Of a stretch of 64,000 nt of DNA, positions 1 through 11,700 are shown one piece after another. A model generated the notes under the pieces. It worked only from the letters and a program-made list of their open reading frames with translations. It made no database searches and was not told where the DNA came from. Where the stretch lies: assembly GCA_042408215.1 (NCBI GenBank), contig JAYFMW010000017.1:416001-480000 (forward strand), given 5' to 3'. Numbering within the stretch: position 1 is the stretch's first letter; each line of letters starts with the position of its first letter. Position numbers and translations under genes: made by a program. The DNA comes from Microcoleus sp. Its GTDB lineage: Bacteria > Cyanobacteriota > Cyanobacteriia > Cyanobacteriales > Microcoleaceae.

Positions 1-2
1 TA

Positions 3-251
3 CCTCTTTCCCCTTGGATCGATAACTGTAACAGGGTTGGGAGAATAGCGATTTATAATCGCAAGCTCAATGATGCTTTATCCCTTAGCAAAATAGATGA
101 GTATTCCTATCTTCGGCACTGGCCTGTGGGTTCTCGTTATTCTGCTTCTGATGGGTCAGTTCAAACTTGGGATTTAAAACGCTATGTAACTGAGATAAGT
201 AAGCAAAATAATGAATCTAATCCTTTGGAGTTCCTCATTAATTTATCCTGA
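3..251 (+). CDS. 3' end of a hypothetical protein running in from the left edge
   Basis: Open frame from position 3 (PLSPWIDNCNRVGRIAIYNRK...EFLINLS) to TGA at 249-251; start lies outside the window. Confidence 0.6.
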   Translation, partial: PLSPWIDNCNRVGRIAIYNRKLNDALSLSKIDEYSYLRHWPVGSRYSASDGSVQTWDLKRYVTEISKQNNESNPLEFLINLS

Positions 252-445
252 GAAAAGTGGCTAGAAAAACTTTAACGTAAGTAACAAATACGATCGCACT
301 CCTCACCCCTTGCCAAATCGACAATCCATCTGCGTCTATCTGCGTGCATCTGCGGTTAAAAACATCCAATCAATAGCTTGGCAACAAATCAAATTACCTA
401 ATATTGTATAATTGAATAATTTACCGCACGGATCGATCCGCCAGC

Positions 446-667
446 TTATTTCTTGGATACCACGTTTTCTTTCGTAATTCTAATCAGAAATCGCAGGGCT
501 TCATTCACGGCTTCAGAATCGGGAAACATCTCTGCCACATCCGGTTCTAAACGAATATTTACACCACCAAAGGTCTTTCGTCCAGATCCTACCCTTCTTA
601 CACGCAACTTGCTCAAATCATATTCCGATCGCAGTTCATCCTCCATCCCTGTTTCATCCTTCTTCAT
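446..667 (-). CDS. putative antitoxin (BrnA-like partner of BrnT)
   Basis: Overlaps the 3' end of the BrnT gene; DELRSEYDL...RLEPDVAEMFPDSEAVNEALR is typical of BrnT partners. Confidence 0.7.
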   Translation of the reverse strand: MKKDETGMEDELRSEYDLSKLRVRRVGSGRKTFGGVNIRLEPDVAEMFPDSEAVNEALRFLIRITKENVVSKK

Positions 668-926
668 AAACTTCTCGCTCCATTCGTGTTACTTTTCTGG
701 CGCTAATCAAACGAATAATATCTCCTCTTTCAGTATACGACACTATCAATAAATGACCAGGCTGGGACTCTCCAACAATAATATAGCGCTCTTCTTCATC
801 AGAGCGATCTGGATCGTAGAAATCGACATAGAGGGGAGCGTCAAAAACCGTTCTCGCTTCCTCAAATGAGATTCCATGCTTGGAAAAATTTAACGCAGCC
901 TTGTTTTCATCCCACTCGAATTTCAT
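654..926 (-). CDS. BrnT family (DUF497) ribonuclease toxin
   Basis: FEWDENKA..N..KHGISFEEA...IRLISARK signature. Confidence 0.9.
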   Translation of the reverse strand: MKFEWDENKAALNFSKHGISFEEARTVFDAPLYVDFYDPDRSDEEERYIIVGESQPGHLLIVSYTERGDIIRLISARKVTRMEREVYEEG

Positions 927-989
927 AAAGATCCAAAATCAGCATCTTTGATATAATATTACACCTATAAACCAAAACATCAAATTATC

Positions 990-1628
990 ATGGCACAAAC
1001 AGTCTGGATCGCACGACACGGAAACCGCATCGACTTCGTTAACCCCGACTGGTTTCTCACCGCAGAACAACCCTATGACCCCCATCTTTCCGCAGATGGC
1101 CACATTCAAGCAAAACAACTAGCCAATCGCCTTAAAGGTGCAGGAATTTCTCACATTTTCGCCTCCCCTTTTCTGCGAACAGTCCAAACAGCCAACTACG
1201 CAGCCGAAGCTCTGGATTTGCCACTTAAACTAGAGTGGGGATTGTGCGAATGGCTGAATCCTGAATGGATGCCGGCAATGCCAGAAACTATGTCTGTCGA
1301 GGCTTTGTGTCAGCGTTTCCCTCGGATTGACCCCTCCTACACAGGGGCACTCCCTAAGTACCCAGAAACAGCGGAATCTTGCCTCAAAAGGGCCGGGGAT
1401 ACTGCTAAACGTCTGGCGGCTGAGTTTCCACAGGATATACTGTTAGTGGGTCATGGTGCGTCGGTTTTAGGGACTGCGATCGGGCTTTCCGGTGCTGTGG
1501 AAACGGAAATTAATGCTTCTTTGTGTTGTTTGGTGAAAGTGGTGTGGCAAAATGGGGAATGGTCGATCGAACTTAATGGCGATACTTCTCACCTCACGGA
1601 TACTGAAACCACGATCCGGTTTAATTAG
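990..1628 (+). CDS. histidine phosphatase / phosphoglycerate mutase family protein
   Basis: RHG, SPFLRTVQT and VGHG motifs. Confidence 0.9.
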   Translation: MAQTVWIARHGNRIDFVNPDWFLTAEQPYDPHLSADGHIQAKQLANRLKGAGISHIFASPFLRTVQTANYAAEALDLPLKLEWGLCEWLNPEWMPAMPETMSVEALCQRFPRIDPSYTGALPKYPETAESCLKRAGDTAKRLAAEFPQDILLVGHGASVLGTAIGLSGAVETEINASLCCLVKVVWQNGEWSIELNGDTSHLTDTETTIRFN

Positions 1629-1704
1629 AAGTTAGAGTTGAGTAAATCTCAAATCTCCAATCGGCTGACTACTGAATATTGACTATTGACTCAGAACAAT
1701 TGAT

Positions 1705-2475
1705 ATGGCTGGACATAGTAAGTGGGCGAATATTAAGCGCCAAAAAGCTAGAGTTGATGCTGTTAAAGGCAAAGTCTTTACCAAAATATCTCGCGAAATT
1801 ATTGTAGCAGCCCGCAGCGGAGTGCCCGATCCGGCTGGCAATTTTCAACTGCGGACGGCTATTGACAAAGCGAAGGCGGCGGGTATTCCTAATGATAATA
1901 TCGATCGGGCGATCGCCAAAGGTGCCGGCAAATTAGGCGGGTATTCCGAGTTAGAATCTATCCGCTACGAGGGTTACGGAGTTGGGGGCGTAGCTATTCT
2001 GATTGAAGTGCTGACAGACAACCGTAACCGCATGGCGGCTGACTTGCGAGAAGCTTTTACTAAAAATGGCGGCAACCTTGGCGAAACTGGTTGCGTCGGC
2101 TGGATGTTCGACCAAAAAGGGGTTTGTACGGTACGCGGTGCCATCGAGGAAGAACAGTTGTTTGAAGCGTCGCTAGAAGCCGAAGCCGAATCTTATGAAT
2201 TGATCTCAATTGATGAAAATGATGCAGGTGCAGAGGTATTTACAAATGTCGCTAAGTTGGAAAATCTGGCTCAGGTTTTGACAGCTCAAGGTTTTGCAGT
2301 TATCCAGTCAGAAACTCGCTGGATTCCCAGCAATACAGTAGAAATGGACAATCCTGAAAAAGTGCGATCGCTCCTCAAGTTAATGGACGCACTGGAAGAT
2401 TTGGATGATGTGCAAAGTGTGACAGCTAATTTTGAAATGGCAGAGGAATTGATGTTATTAGTCAGTAGTCATTAG
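1705..2475 (+). CDS. yebC: YebC/PmpR family protein
   Basis: MAGHSKWANIK, YEGYG, LTDNRNR and LEDLDDVQ motifs. Confidence 0.95.
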   Translation: MAGHSKWANIKRQKARVDAVKGKVFTKISREIIVAARSGVPDPAGNFQLRTAIDKAKAAGIPNDNIDRAIAKGAGKLGGYSELESIRYEGYGVGGVAILIEVLTDNRNRMAADLREAFTKNGGNLGETGCVGWMFDQKGVCTVRGAIEEEQLFEASLEAEAESYELISIDENDAGAEVFTNVAKLENLAQVLTAQGFAVIQSETRWIPSNTVEMDNPEKVRSLLKLMDALEDLDDVQSVTANFEMAEELMLLVSSH

Positions 2476-2776
2476 TCATTGGTCATTAGTCAGCAGTCAT
2501 TAGTCATTGGTCATTGGTCATTAGTCATTAGTCATTAGTCATTGGTCATTAGTCATTGGTCATTGGTCATTGGTCATTAGTCATTAGTCATTAGTCATTG
2601 GTCATTAGTCATTAGTCGTCATTAGTCATTGGTCATTAGTCATTAGTCATTAGTCGTCATTAGTCATTAGTCATTGGTCATTAGTCATTAGTCAGCAGTC
2701 ATTAGTCATTGGTAATTAGTCATTGGTCATTAGTCATTAGTCATTGGTCATTAGTCAGCAGTCATTAGTCATTAGC
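2460..2776 (+). repeat. heptamer tandem tract (TTAGTCA/TTGGTCA, STRR2-like)
   Basis: Directly visible tandem gtcatta/gtcattg units. Confidence 0.95.
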
Positions 2777-2856
2777 TAAGAGTTAAGGATTGAGAACTAA
2801 GAAATACAGAAGTTATTAGCTTTTAATTAAAACGTTATTTGCTAACAACTCAATAC

Positions 2857-3404
2857 CAATGACCAATTATTAATGCCCAATTATTAATGCCCAATTATTA
2901 ATGCCCAATTATTAATGCCCAATGCCCAATGCCCAATGACCAATGACTACTGACCAATGACTACTGACTAAGGACTACTGACTAAGGACTACTGACTAAG
3001 GACTACTGACTAAGGACTAAGGACTACTGACTAAGGACTACTGACTAAGGACTAAGGACTACTGACTAAGGACTACTGACTAAGGACTACTGACTAATGA
3101 CCAATGACTACTGACTAAGGACTACTGACTAATGACTAATGACCAATGACTACTGACTAAGGACTACTGACTAATGACTACTGACTAAGGACTACTGACT
3201 AAGGACTACTGACTAATGACTAATGACCAATGACTACTGACTAAGGACTACTGACTAATGACTAATGACTACTGACTAAGGACTACTGACTAATGACTAC
3301 TGACTAAGGACTACTGACTAAGGACTACTGACTAAGGACTACTGACTAAGGACTACTGACTAAGGACTACTGACTAAGGACTACTGACTACTGACTACTG
3401 ACTA
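2857..3404 (-). repeat. heptamer/14-mer tandem tract (TGCCCAA, TGACTAA/TGACCAA, GGACTACTGACTAA)
   Basis: Directly visible; units are largely the reverse complement of the 2460-2776 units. Confidence 0.95.
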
Positions 3405-5273
3405 ATCTTTCCGACCAATTAGCAAATAAGTAATCATGTATCCCTTACCCTTAACTTGAATAGCACCTCGCCTCTCAAAATTGTATTTATCCTTTAAGAG
3501 CTCGTAAGTTTCTGTGGTTACTTGAATGCAGCCGGTAATCCCGTGAGATTCCATGCGCGAAGCAATATTTACAGTGTCTCCCCACAAGTCGTAAATAAAC
3601 TTTTTGAGGCCGATGACGCCTGCGACTACTGGGCCTGTGTTAATCCCGATGCGAATGCTGAAAGGTTCCTCATGAGTTACGCTGAGACGGCGAATTTCTA
3701 GCAGCATATCGATCGCCATTGCTGCGATCGCCTCGGCGTGATCCGATCGAGGTGTAGGTAAACCGCCGACAACCATATAAGCATCACCAATAGTTTTAAT
3801 TTTCTCTAAACCGTGGCGATCGGCCAAGTGGTCAAAAGCCGAAAAAATATCGTTGAGCACTTTCACCACCGCAGTAGCTGAAATTCTCGACGAAAGCTCT
3901 GTAAACCCCACAATATCGGCAAACATCACAGTCACTTCGCCAAAACTCTCGGCAATATTGTTTTCGTTGTGCTTCAAACGCAGCGCAATCGCTGCGGGCA
4001 GAACATTTAGCAGCAGTTGTTCCGACTTAGCTTGCTCTGCTTTCAACTGTTGGTAAGCATCCTGCAATTCTTCGGCTTGGCGAGCTCTGTCTCTGGCTAG
4101 CTTTTCGATTTGAGCAGTGCGGCTCAAGGCTGTCAACATATAAGTGACGGGAATCAGAGTCCACAGCATCCCCATCGTGAGAGTTCCCCAAGAGCGCCAG
4201 TGTTTCCGAGTTTTGCGAATTTCCGGCGTTGCTGCGACATAGAGAAACCACTGGCGGCCACTAATTTTGAGGCTCCTCCTACAAGCTGTATACTGCGGGC
4301 CTGGATTCTCTTCAATCGGGCAGTTTGTCCTTGCTTGCTGTTCAACATTAGCTGGAATTGAAAACACTTGTTGGTTGGCGGATTTAAACAGCATCCCAAA
4401 GGGATGAATTTGTCGATCGGCAGCTAGATTTTTGAGAACGGGGTCCCCCATTGGCCGTGAAAGCGGTGATGCTGCTGGGCGCTCTGGTGGCTCGCTGGTG
4501 AGATAAATTTGGAGGTACTCGGTATTGCGCCCTTTTAAAGAGGCTTGAAAAATATCTTTGCCTCGAAATATGCCCAGAACAAATCCTTGGAGTAGTTCCC
4601 GGCGGGATTGTACGGTAATTGGTTGGGCGCTGTTTTCGTAAATCGGGACTATTGCCAACAGACCGGGTGCTATGGGACGATGTTCAATTAAGCCGACGTA
4701 GTCGGTGACAATCATTTCTCCTGTATCGCGGCTGCGATCGAGTGCGGCGCGAAGATCTGGGTGGGAGGCGAGGTCAAAGCCTAACGCTGTCTCGTTTCCG
4801 GCTGTGGGCTCCACGTAGTATGCGGGGAAGTATTCGGAACGCTGGCCGGCTGGGCGTAGTTCTCCTTGGGGGCCGCGTTCTGTAATCTCGAAGCTGGGGT
4901 TAGTTTGGGTTTTGGCTTTGGCTTCGTAGTCTCCGCGTTCGGAAGTGGTGATGCGGGGAACCCAAGCGAGGAGTTGCAGGCTGGGGTGGACGGAGAGGGG
5001 ACGCCCTACGAATCGGGCAAAGGAAGAAGGCTCGACGACGCTGAAGGCTTTCATGTAGTCGCTGAGGGCGAGAACTGTGTCTAAGTCGGAGTTTAGCTGG
5101 CGTTCGATTCCGATCGAAATGTCGTCAATGCGACGGTGCATTTCGTAGTCGCGACGCTTGTCTTCCCAGTCCCATACAACTACGAATGTCAATATAGACA
5201 ACCCGACGCCCAAAGTCAGTGTCAAGCAGGCTGGAATGTAGCGAGACCAGGGTAAAGGTAATTTTTTAAACAT
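3402..5273 (-). CDS. membrane CHASE-domain adenylate/guanylate cyclase (class III)
   Basis: Two TM segments around a CHASE domain (EYFP..YVEP..GNE.ALGFDL); FADIVGFT, KIKTIGDAYM, YDLWGDTVNIASRMES. Confidence 0.92.
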   Translation of the reverse strand: MFKKLPLPWSRYIPACLTLTLGVGLSILTFVVVWDWEDKRRDYEMHRRIDDISIGIERQLNSDLDTVLALSDYMKAFSVVEPSSFARFVGRPLSVHPSLQLLAWVPRITTSERGDYEAKAKTQTNPSFEITERGPQGELRPAGQRSEYFPAYYVEPTAGNETALGFDLASHPDLRAALDRSRDTGEMIVTDYVGLIEHRPIAPGLLAIVPIYENSAQPITVQSRRELLQGFVLGIFRGKDIFQASLKGRNTEYLQIYLTSEPPERPAASPLSRPMGDPVLKNLAADRQIHPFGMLFKSANQQVFSIPANVEQQARTNCPIEENPGPQYTACRRSLKISGRQWFLYVAATPEIRKTRKHWRSWGTLTMGMLWTLIPVTYMLTALSRTAQIEKLARDRARQAEELQDAYQQLKAEQAKSEQLLLNVLPAAIALRLKHNENNIAESFGEVTVMFADIVGFTELSSRISATAVVKVLNDIFSAFDHLADRHGLEKIKTIGDAYMVVGGLPTPRSDHAEAIAAMAIDMLLEIRRLSVTHEEPFSIRIGINTGPVVAGVIGLKKFIYDLWGDTVNIASRMESHGITGCIQVTTETYELLKDKYNFERRGAIQVKGKGYMITYLLIGRKD

Positions 5274-5486
5274 ATAGCAGAAGGCAGAAGTAAGTTCAGC
5301 AACGGATTCTGTAACGGATGTAACGGATTCAAGGAAGAAGTCGATGCGATCGGGTAATTCCCCGCAAACGTTTCAGCCATTGATAACGTCCGGTGGTACC
5401 TGGTTGGTTGCTATAAAAACTCTGATAAATCCACCACAAAGGGCGATCGTCCATTCTTGAATAAACCTCAGTCCGATTTTCCTCTT

Positions 5487-8402
5487 TTATACCGGAATTT
5501 CAATCCAGAACTCAGCTCCCTGTCCGGGTGCTGAGATGCAGCGCAGAGTTCCCTGATGTTTTTCTACCACAATCTGATAGCTGATAGACAATCCCAGGCC
5601 TGTCCCCGATCCTACTGGTTTGGTGGTGAAAAAGGGGTCAAACAGCCGCTTGCGGATGTCTGCTGTCATTCCCGGCCCGCTGTCGGCTATGCAAATAACG
5701 ACCCGATCGCACTGACTGATGGCGCTGTCACTCTTAGCCTTCAACCCTGCTTTTTTTAGTTGGGTGCGAATGGCGATCATCCGAGGTTGCTGTTGGTTTT
5801 GTAGGGCGTCGATCGCATTGCTAAGAATGTTGAGAAATACCTGGTTTAACTGGCCAGCACAGCAATTAACTTTAGATATCTCTCCGTATTCTTTAACTAT
5901 TTCAATCCGGTTTTTTTGACTATCCTGATTCAATCTGTGCTGCAAAATTAACAGGGTGCTTTCAATACCTTCGTGAAGGTCTGCCAACTTCATTTCCGCT
6001 TCATCCAGTCGCGCAAAATTTCGCAGCGATAAAACTATTTTACTAATTCTTTTTACTCCCATCATCATCGAGTCTAGCATCTTTGGCAAGTCAGATTTCA
6101 GATATTCTAACTCTAATTCCTCAATTTTTTCTGTAATCTGAGGTTCTGGGGCTGGGTAACAGCGCTGGTAGAGATTCAAGAGTTCTATTAAGTCACGAAA
6201 GTAGTGTTCTGCGTGAGAAATATTACCCTGAATAAAGGTGGCGGGATTGTTAATTTCGTGGGCAATTCCAGCCACCATCTGACCGAGGCTAGACATTTTT
6301 TCTGAGTGAACTAATTGGGTTTGGGTTTGTTGGAGTTGTTCGTAGGCTTGTTGCAATTGGGCTGCTTGTTTTCTCAATTGAAATGCAGAGGCTTGAAGTG
6401 CGGCTTCTGAAATTTTGCGATGAGTAATATTTTCAATCATCCCTAAGTTGTAAATTGGCTTTCCCTCGCCGTCTCGAATCAGAGTACCTGTCACGTTAGC
6501 CCAGACAATCTTACCTGTTCCTGTGATCAGACGTTTTTCGACCTGATAGCTCCGAATTTCTTGTCGCTCAAGAGCTAAAGCCCCTTGCATATTTTGTTCA
6601 ATATCTTCGGGATGCACTAGGTCTATAAATGTTTTTCCCAACAATTCAGATTCGGTATATCCCAGCATTTCGCAGTAAGCTTTATTCACTTGGACTAGCT
6701 GGCGATTCTCTAAATTGGCTAAGTCAATTCCAATGGGAGCATCTTCAAATATTTTGCGAAACACTTCTTCGCTAGCATGGACTTTTGCTTCGAGAGCAAG
6801 TCGATCTGTGATATCTTCAAAAGTACACAAAATGCCGACAACATTGCCGTGGTTGTCGTGGAGGGGTATTTTATTTTTATCCAGCCAGCGCTGGGTGCCG
6901 TCGGCTTGCAGTTGGGATTCTATGATGTGATATTTTGGGGTATTGGTCTCCATGACCTGACGGTCGCAAGCTCGAATAAATTCTGTTTCTTCTGGCTGCC
7001 AAGGCAGCTCGAAGTCGGTGAGACCAGGGATTTGATTAGGGTGATTTAAACCTGCTACTTTGGCAAAGTTTTGGTTGCCTCCTAAATAAACTAAATCTCG
7101 ATCTTTCCAAGCAATCAACTGAGGGATGTTGTTGATTACTAACCACAGCATTTTTTGGGTTCTTTGCAATGCTTGCGTCCGCTCTAGTACCCGCTTTTCT
7201 AGTTCTTGATTAGCTTGTATTAACGCGGCTTTTGACTCGCCGAGGGCGATTTCTGCTTGTTTGCGATCGCTGATATCTAGGATCATTCCATCCCAAAGTA
7301 TATCGCCGCCTGATTGCTTTTCTGGGCGAGCAATTCCCCGAATCCATTTAATTTTACCTGATTTGGTGACGAGCCGCCCTTCATATTTCCAAGGTTCTAA
7401 AGTTTGGGCTGAAATGGCTACGGATTTTGACAGGAATTTTACGTCATCTGGATGAACTGCCGACCACATTGAATCGGCTTTTTTTTCAATTTCTTCTACT
7501 TCTAATTCGGACAATTCTCTACAGCCAGGACTGACATAAATAAAATTATAGGAACCGTCAGGATGCAGCAATAATTGATAAATCATTCCCGGTACGTTGG
7601 CGGCTAATTTCTGGAATTTAGCTTCGCTGGCCACTCGTGCTGCTTCTGCTTCTACGCGATCGGTGATATCGTAAAATGCCGATAAGATTGCTTCTTTACC
7701 GTTAAAATGAATTAACCGCATCGATATTTTTGCCCAAAACAGACTGCCGTTTGCTTTCTTGAGGCAGATTTGTTCACGATCGCTAAAGCCGTTTTCTTTG
7801 ACTGATGCTAGTAATTGTTGGCGATCGCTGACATTGGCATAAAACTCGATTTTTTTGCAACCGACAAGTTGTTCGGAACTTAAACCGAAAGTTTGGCCAA
7901 GGACGGGATTTGCATACAAAATAACGCTGTCTTCCACCCTGGTGATTAACAAGGGAACGGGAGTCGCGCTGGCGATCGCCCGCAATCGTTCTTCACTTTC
8001 TGCTAGGGCTGTTTCCGCTGCTACTCTTTCGGTGATATCATTTTGAACTCCGATAAAGTGAGTGAGCTGGCCGCTCGCATCTCGCACCGGGGAGACGGTG
8101 AGTTCATTCCAAAAAGGAGTTTTGTCCTTGCGGTAATTTTTGAGAACTACTGTAATTTCTGTGCCTGCTTCCAAGCTGCTGCGGAGTTTGCTTAATTGGG
8201 CGCGATCGGTATCTGGGCCTTGTAAAAATCGGCAGTTGCGCCCAAGGACTTCATCGCGGCTGTAACCGCTGAGTTTCTCAAAACCAGGATTGCAGTAGAT
8301 AATTGGTCGATCGGGATCGCCAGCATCGACAATTATGATGCCGTTACTAGACGCTGCGATCGCTCGTTCTAGGAGAGACAGGTGGAAAGAATCTGTTGTC
8401 AT
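5487..8402 (-). CDS. multi-PAS sensor histidine kinase with N-terminal LOV domain
   Basis: GRNCRFLQG LOV motif; several PAS/PAC repeats; AHEINNP, N, G1, F and G2 boxes. ATG at 8402 preferred because the upstream extension is a translated heptamer repeat. Confidence 0.92.
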   Translation of the reverse strand: MTTDSFHLSLLERAIAASSNGIIIVDAGDPDRPIIYCNPGFEKLSGYSRDEVLGRNCRFLQGPDTDRAQLSKLRSSLEAGTEITVVLKNYRKDKTPFWNELTVSPVRDASGQLTHFIGVQNDITERVAAETALAESEERLRAIASATPVPLLITRVEDSVILYANPVLGQTFGLSSEQLVGCKKIEFYANVSDRQQLLASVKENGFSDREQICLKKANGSLFWAKISMRLIHFNGKEAILSAFYDITDRVEAEAARVASEAKFQKLAANVPGMIYQLLLHPDGSYNFIYVSPGCRELSELEVEEIEKKADSMWSAVHPDDVKFLSKSVAISAQTLEPWKYEGRLVTKSGKIKWIRGIARPEKQSGGDILWDGMILDISDRKQAEIALGESKAALIQANQELEKRVLERTQALQRTQKMLWLVINNIPQLIAWKDRDLVYLGGNQNFAKVAGLNHPNQIPGLTDFELPWQPEETEFIRACDRQVMETNTPKYHIIESQLQADGTQRWLDKNKIPLHDNHGNVVGILCTFEDITDRLALEAKVHASEEVFRKIFEDAPIGIDLANLENRQLVQVNKAYCEMLGYTESELLGKTFIDLVHPEDIEQNMQGALALERQEIRSYQVEKRLITGTGKIVWANVTGTLIRDGEGKPIYNLGMIENITHRKISEAALQASAFQLRKQAAQLQQAYEQLQQTQTQLVHSEKMSSLGQMVAGIAHEINNPATFIQGNISHAEHYFRDLIELLNLYQRCYPAPEPQITEKIEELELEYLKSDLPKMLDSMMMGVKRISKIVLSLRNFARLDEAEMKLADLHEGIESTLLILQHRLNQDSQKNRIEIVKEYGEISKVNCCAGQLNQVFLNILSNAIDALQNQQQPRMIAIRTQLKKAGLKAKSDSAISQCDRVVICIADSGPGMTADIRKRLFDPFFTTKPVGSGTGLGLSISYQIVVEKHQGTLRCISAPGQGAEFWIEIPV

Positions 8403-8520
8403 CCGATTTGAGATTTGAGATTTGAGATTTGAGATTATGGAATTGGTCAAGAGGATAAATATGTTTATTTGAATTTTAACATTGTTAACAAAATCAGTAT
8501 ACCAACCTCAAAAAATAGCT

Positions 8521-8585
8521 GTAGGGTGCGTCGCCCTTGTTTAATCTTAAAAAAAAATCGACTATCTCGCAGCGACGCACCCTAC
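8521..8585. repeat. GTAG-type REP-like inverted repeat
   Basis: gtagggtgcgtcgc ... gcgacgcaccctac, perfect 14-bp arms. Confidence 0.85.
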
Positions 8586-8790
8586 AAACAGGGTTGAGAA
8601 AACAACCCTCCGTTGCACCTCGCCCAACACTCATCATTGTTGCAAAACGAGGCGAGAATTGGTATTACGTTTGATTAGGTTGATTTACTTACATAACAAG
8701 AAAGCGGGGAAACGGCAAAAGTGACGCAGCGAAAAAGCCCCGATTTCGACGCTTTTGTGCTCTCTTGTTCGCTTTTGCTCAACAACGCAT

Positions 8791-11700
8791 CTAAATTGAC
8801 AAGCTGATTTTAGAACCCTGGGCGGTTTTGTTAACTTCGATTCTGGCTTGAAAAGCTTCTTTCAGGTGCGGCATATGGGTGACGGTGAGAATGCAGGCGA
8901 AATCAGAGGCGATCGCATTAATTGCTGAAATCAGCCGCTCGCACCCGACCGCATCTTGAGTGCCGAATCCTTCATCAATAATCAACATTTGCAAAGCCGT
9001 ACCCGCACGCTGAGATAGCAGTCTCGCCAAGGCCAGCCGAATCGCAAAATTAATCCGAAAAGCTTCGCCACCAGAGTAAGTTTCATAGGGACGAGTGCCG
9101 CGGGCGTCGGCAATTAAAATGTCTAAAGTGTCAATCAATTTAGTTGCTTTTTTAGAAGCAGCCGCCCGCTGAGTGATAAATTGAACGTGCAATTGATTGG
9201 CGCTCAATCTCGATAATATCTGATTAGCTTCTGCTTCGAGTTGAGGCAAAACATTTTCAATCATTAAAGCTTGAATACCATTCTTACCAAAGGCTTGACC
9301 TAACTCTTGATAGACTCGCTGCTGGCGTTTAGCAACTTGCATTTGCTCCTTTTGAGCTACTAACTGAACTTGCAAAGCTTCCAGATTTTGCTGCTGCTGC
9401 TGGAGGCTTCCGAGACTTCCCAAATGTTGGTCTAGCTGTTGGCGACGGCGGCTGATTTGCTGTTCGATCGCACTTATGCTCGCCCTAGGATCGGGATGTT
9501 CTTGTAACTGCTTGCTGATGGCGGAAAGTTGAGCGCTGACAGCTTGCAAATCTCGATCGCGCACAGCGATCGAACTGGCGATGTCATTCACCCGCTGCTG
9601 TACTTGCGGGTACTGCTGAATTGCCGATCGCAGTTTTTCGGCCCTAGCGATCCAAAATTGCGTCCGGCGCATTTCGCTCCGCACCTGTTCGTGCTGCTCC
9701 AAATTGTAACCAACTTCCGCAATGTATCTATCTAAAGACAGAATTTGCTGCTGTATTTCTGAACTGTTTTTTTGCTGTTCTAACTGCTGCTGAAATGTGA
9801 CTAATTGAGTTTGCAATTCTGGACGGCTGGCGTTAATTTTATTGAGTTTCTGTTGAGCAGTTTTGATTTGAGCTTGCTGAATTTCCGCCCACCGCAACCG
9901 CTTTTCTTCGCTGCGGGCTAAAGCGTGACTGCGATCGCTATAATTGAGTTGTTGCAGTTGCACTTCGAGTTGCTGGAGTTGCGCGTACTCATCGGATGCG
10001 TAATCCCCGGTACGGAGCGATCGCTCTATTTCCGCAGCATCTTTTCGCATACTTTGCAAGCGGTTTTCATCTTTTCCGAGTGCATCCAATTGAGCCTGCA
10101 AATTGGCGCGCCGTTCCCGCAATTCTTCGTAGGGCGCTAATTCTTCTTCTAGTTTGCGAAATTCCTGTCTGAGGACTTGAATTTCGCGTTCGGAGACGGC
10201 CAACTGTTCGCGCACAACCCAGAGTTGGTTCCAAATTTCCTGCTGTTGGCTGTGATGTTTTTTGACTACCAAATTCCAGTAGTGTTCGTCTAAAGGTCGA
10301 TCGCACAAAGGACAATTGCCAAAATCAGCATCCTGCACAATTAAATGGGAATTAGATTGCTCATTTTCCGCCAAATTCGAGGCTTGACTTTCGCTGCTAA
10401 CTGCTTCCCCTAGACTTTTTTCTGCTTCATCCTTCCGTAACAGTTGCAGTTTTTGGTCTATTTCAGCGAGTCGAGTTTGATAGTCGCGGCTTTTGACTTG
10501 CAGGTTGGCCAGAAAGTTGTGTCTTTCTTGGCCTTTTTCGCGTACACGCTGTTGGTAAACCCGCTTGTTTTCCAACTGCAAAATTTGACTAGCAATTGCC
10601 GAGATTTCCTGCTGCAATTGCGGCTCTCGCTGTTGCTGCTGAACTTGTAACTGTCGGTTGATTTCGTCCAAGCGAGCGCTCAAACCGGCGTGGGCGCGAT
10701 CGAGCCGAGTTTGTGTCTGCTGCTGCTGTTGGAGTAGGGGCGAAACTTGGAGTTGCAGTTGTTCTAGTTGGTTGAGCTGCGATCGGGCTGCTTGCAATTG
10801 TACCAGTCCTTTTTCGACCTCCGGCTGCTGTTTGAGAACTTCTAGAACTTCTTTTTCTTGCTGTTCTAAGACATCTAATTGAGCTTGCAATTGCTGAATT
10901 TTGCCTTGCCAAAGGCTCAGTTCTTGCCGCTGCTGTTCTTGCAATTGCTGGCGCTGATTTTGGGCTTGTTGGTGAGCCTTGAATTTGCCAGCCAGAGTCT
11001 CTTCTGTGGCTTGCAAACTGTGGAAATAGGTAATTCCTTCTGTTATTTCATTTTCTTTTTCTAGGAGGGCTTGCAGTTCGTTTTGTTGCTGTTTAGCTAC
11101 GACGAGTTCTTGCTGCAAGCGGTGGCATTCCTGAGAGATGTTGGTGTGTTGCTGCTGGTAGCCGGCGAGGAGTTGTTGCCAAGTTTGGCGGTTGTGGTGT
11201 TGGAGTTGCAGTTGCTGCAAATGTTCTGTGTCGGCTTGCTGCTGCTGTTGGAGTCGATCGGTTGCTTGCTGCAATTCTACTTGTTCTGTGGCGATCGCAT
11301 CTTTTTGTTGCAGTTGCTCTTGGATAGCGTGCAAACTGTGTTTGATCGCTTCGACTTGAGCTTTAAATTGTTTGGATGTATCCTTAGCTTGTTCGGATAA
11401 ACTATCGTACTGGTCGAGTTTGAGCAGATTGGCTAAAACTTGTTTGCGTTCGATCGACTTTTTGAGCATAAACTCATCAGCTCGCCCTTGTCGCAGGTAC
11501 GCCGAGTTGATGAAAGTATCGTAATCGAGTTTAATGTGTTCGAGGATTTTTTGCTGAGTTGTTCTGAGGCCTTTGTCTGTCAGCGTGCGAAAATTAAGTC
11601 GATCGTCGATCGCATCAGAATTCAAACTGACCTGAAATTCCAAACTCCCCGATTGTCCGCGGCGGCGGTTGCGAATCACCCGGTAAATTTGGCCGCCAGT

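Noticed and set aside
8403..8450. N-terminal extensions in the ORF track (here; also 32888-32944, 48353-48460, 57828-57926)
   Set aside because: Derived from heptamer repeats or intergenic sequence; downstream ATGs fit family starts better
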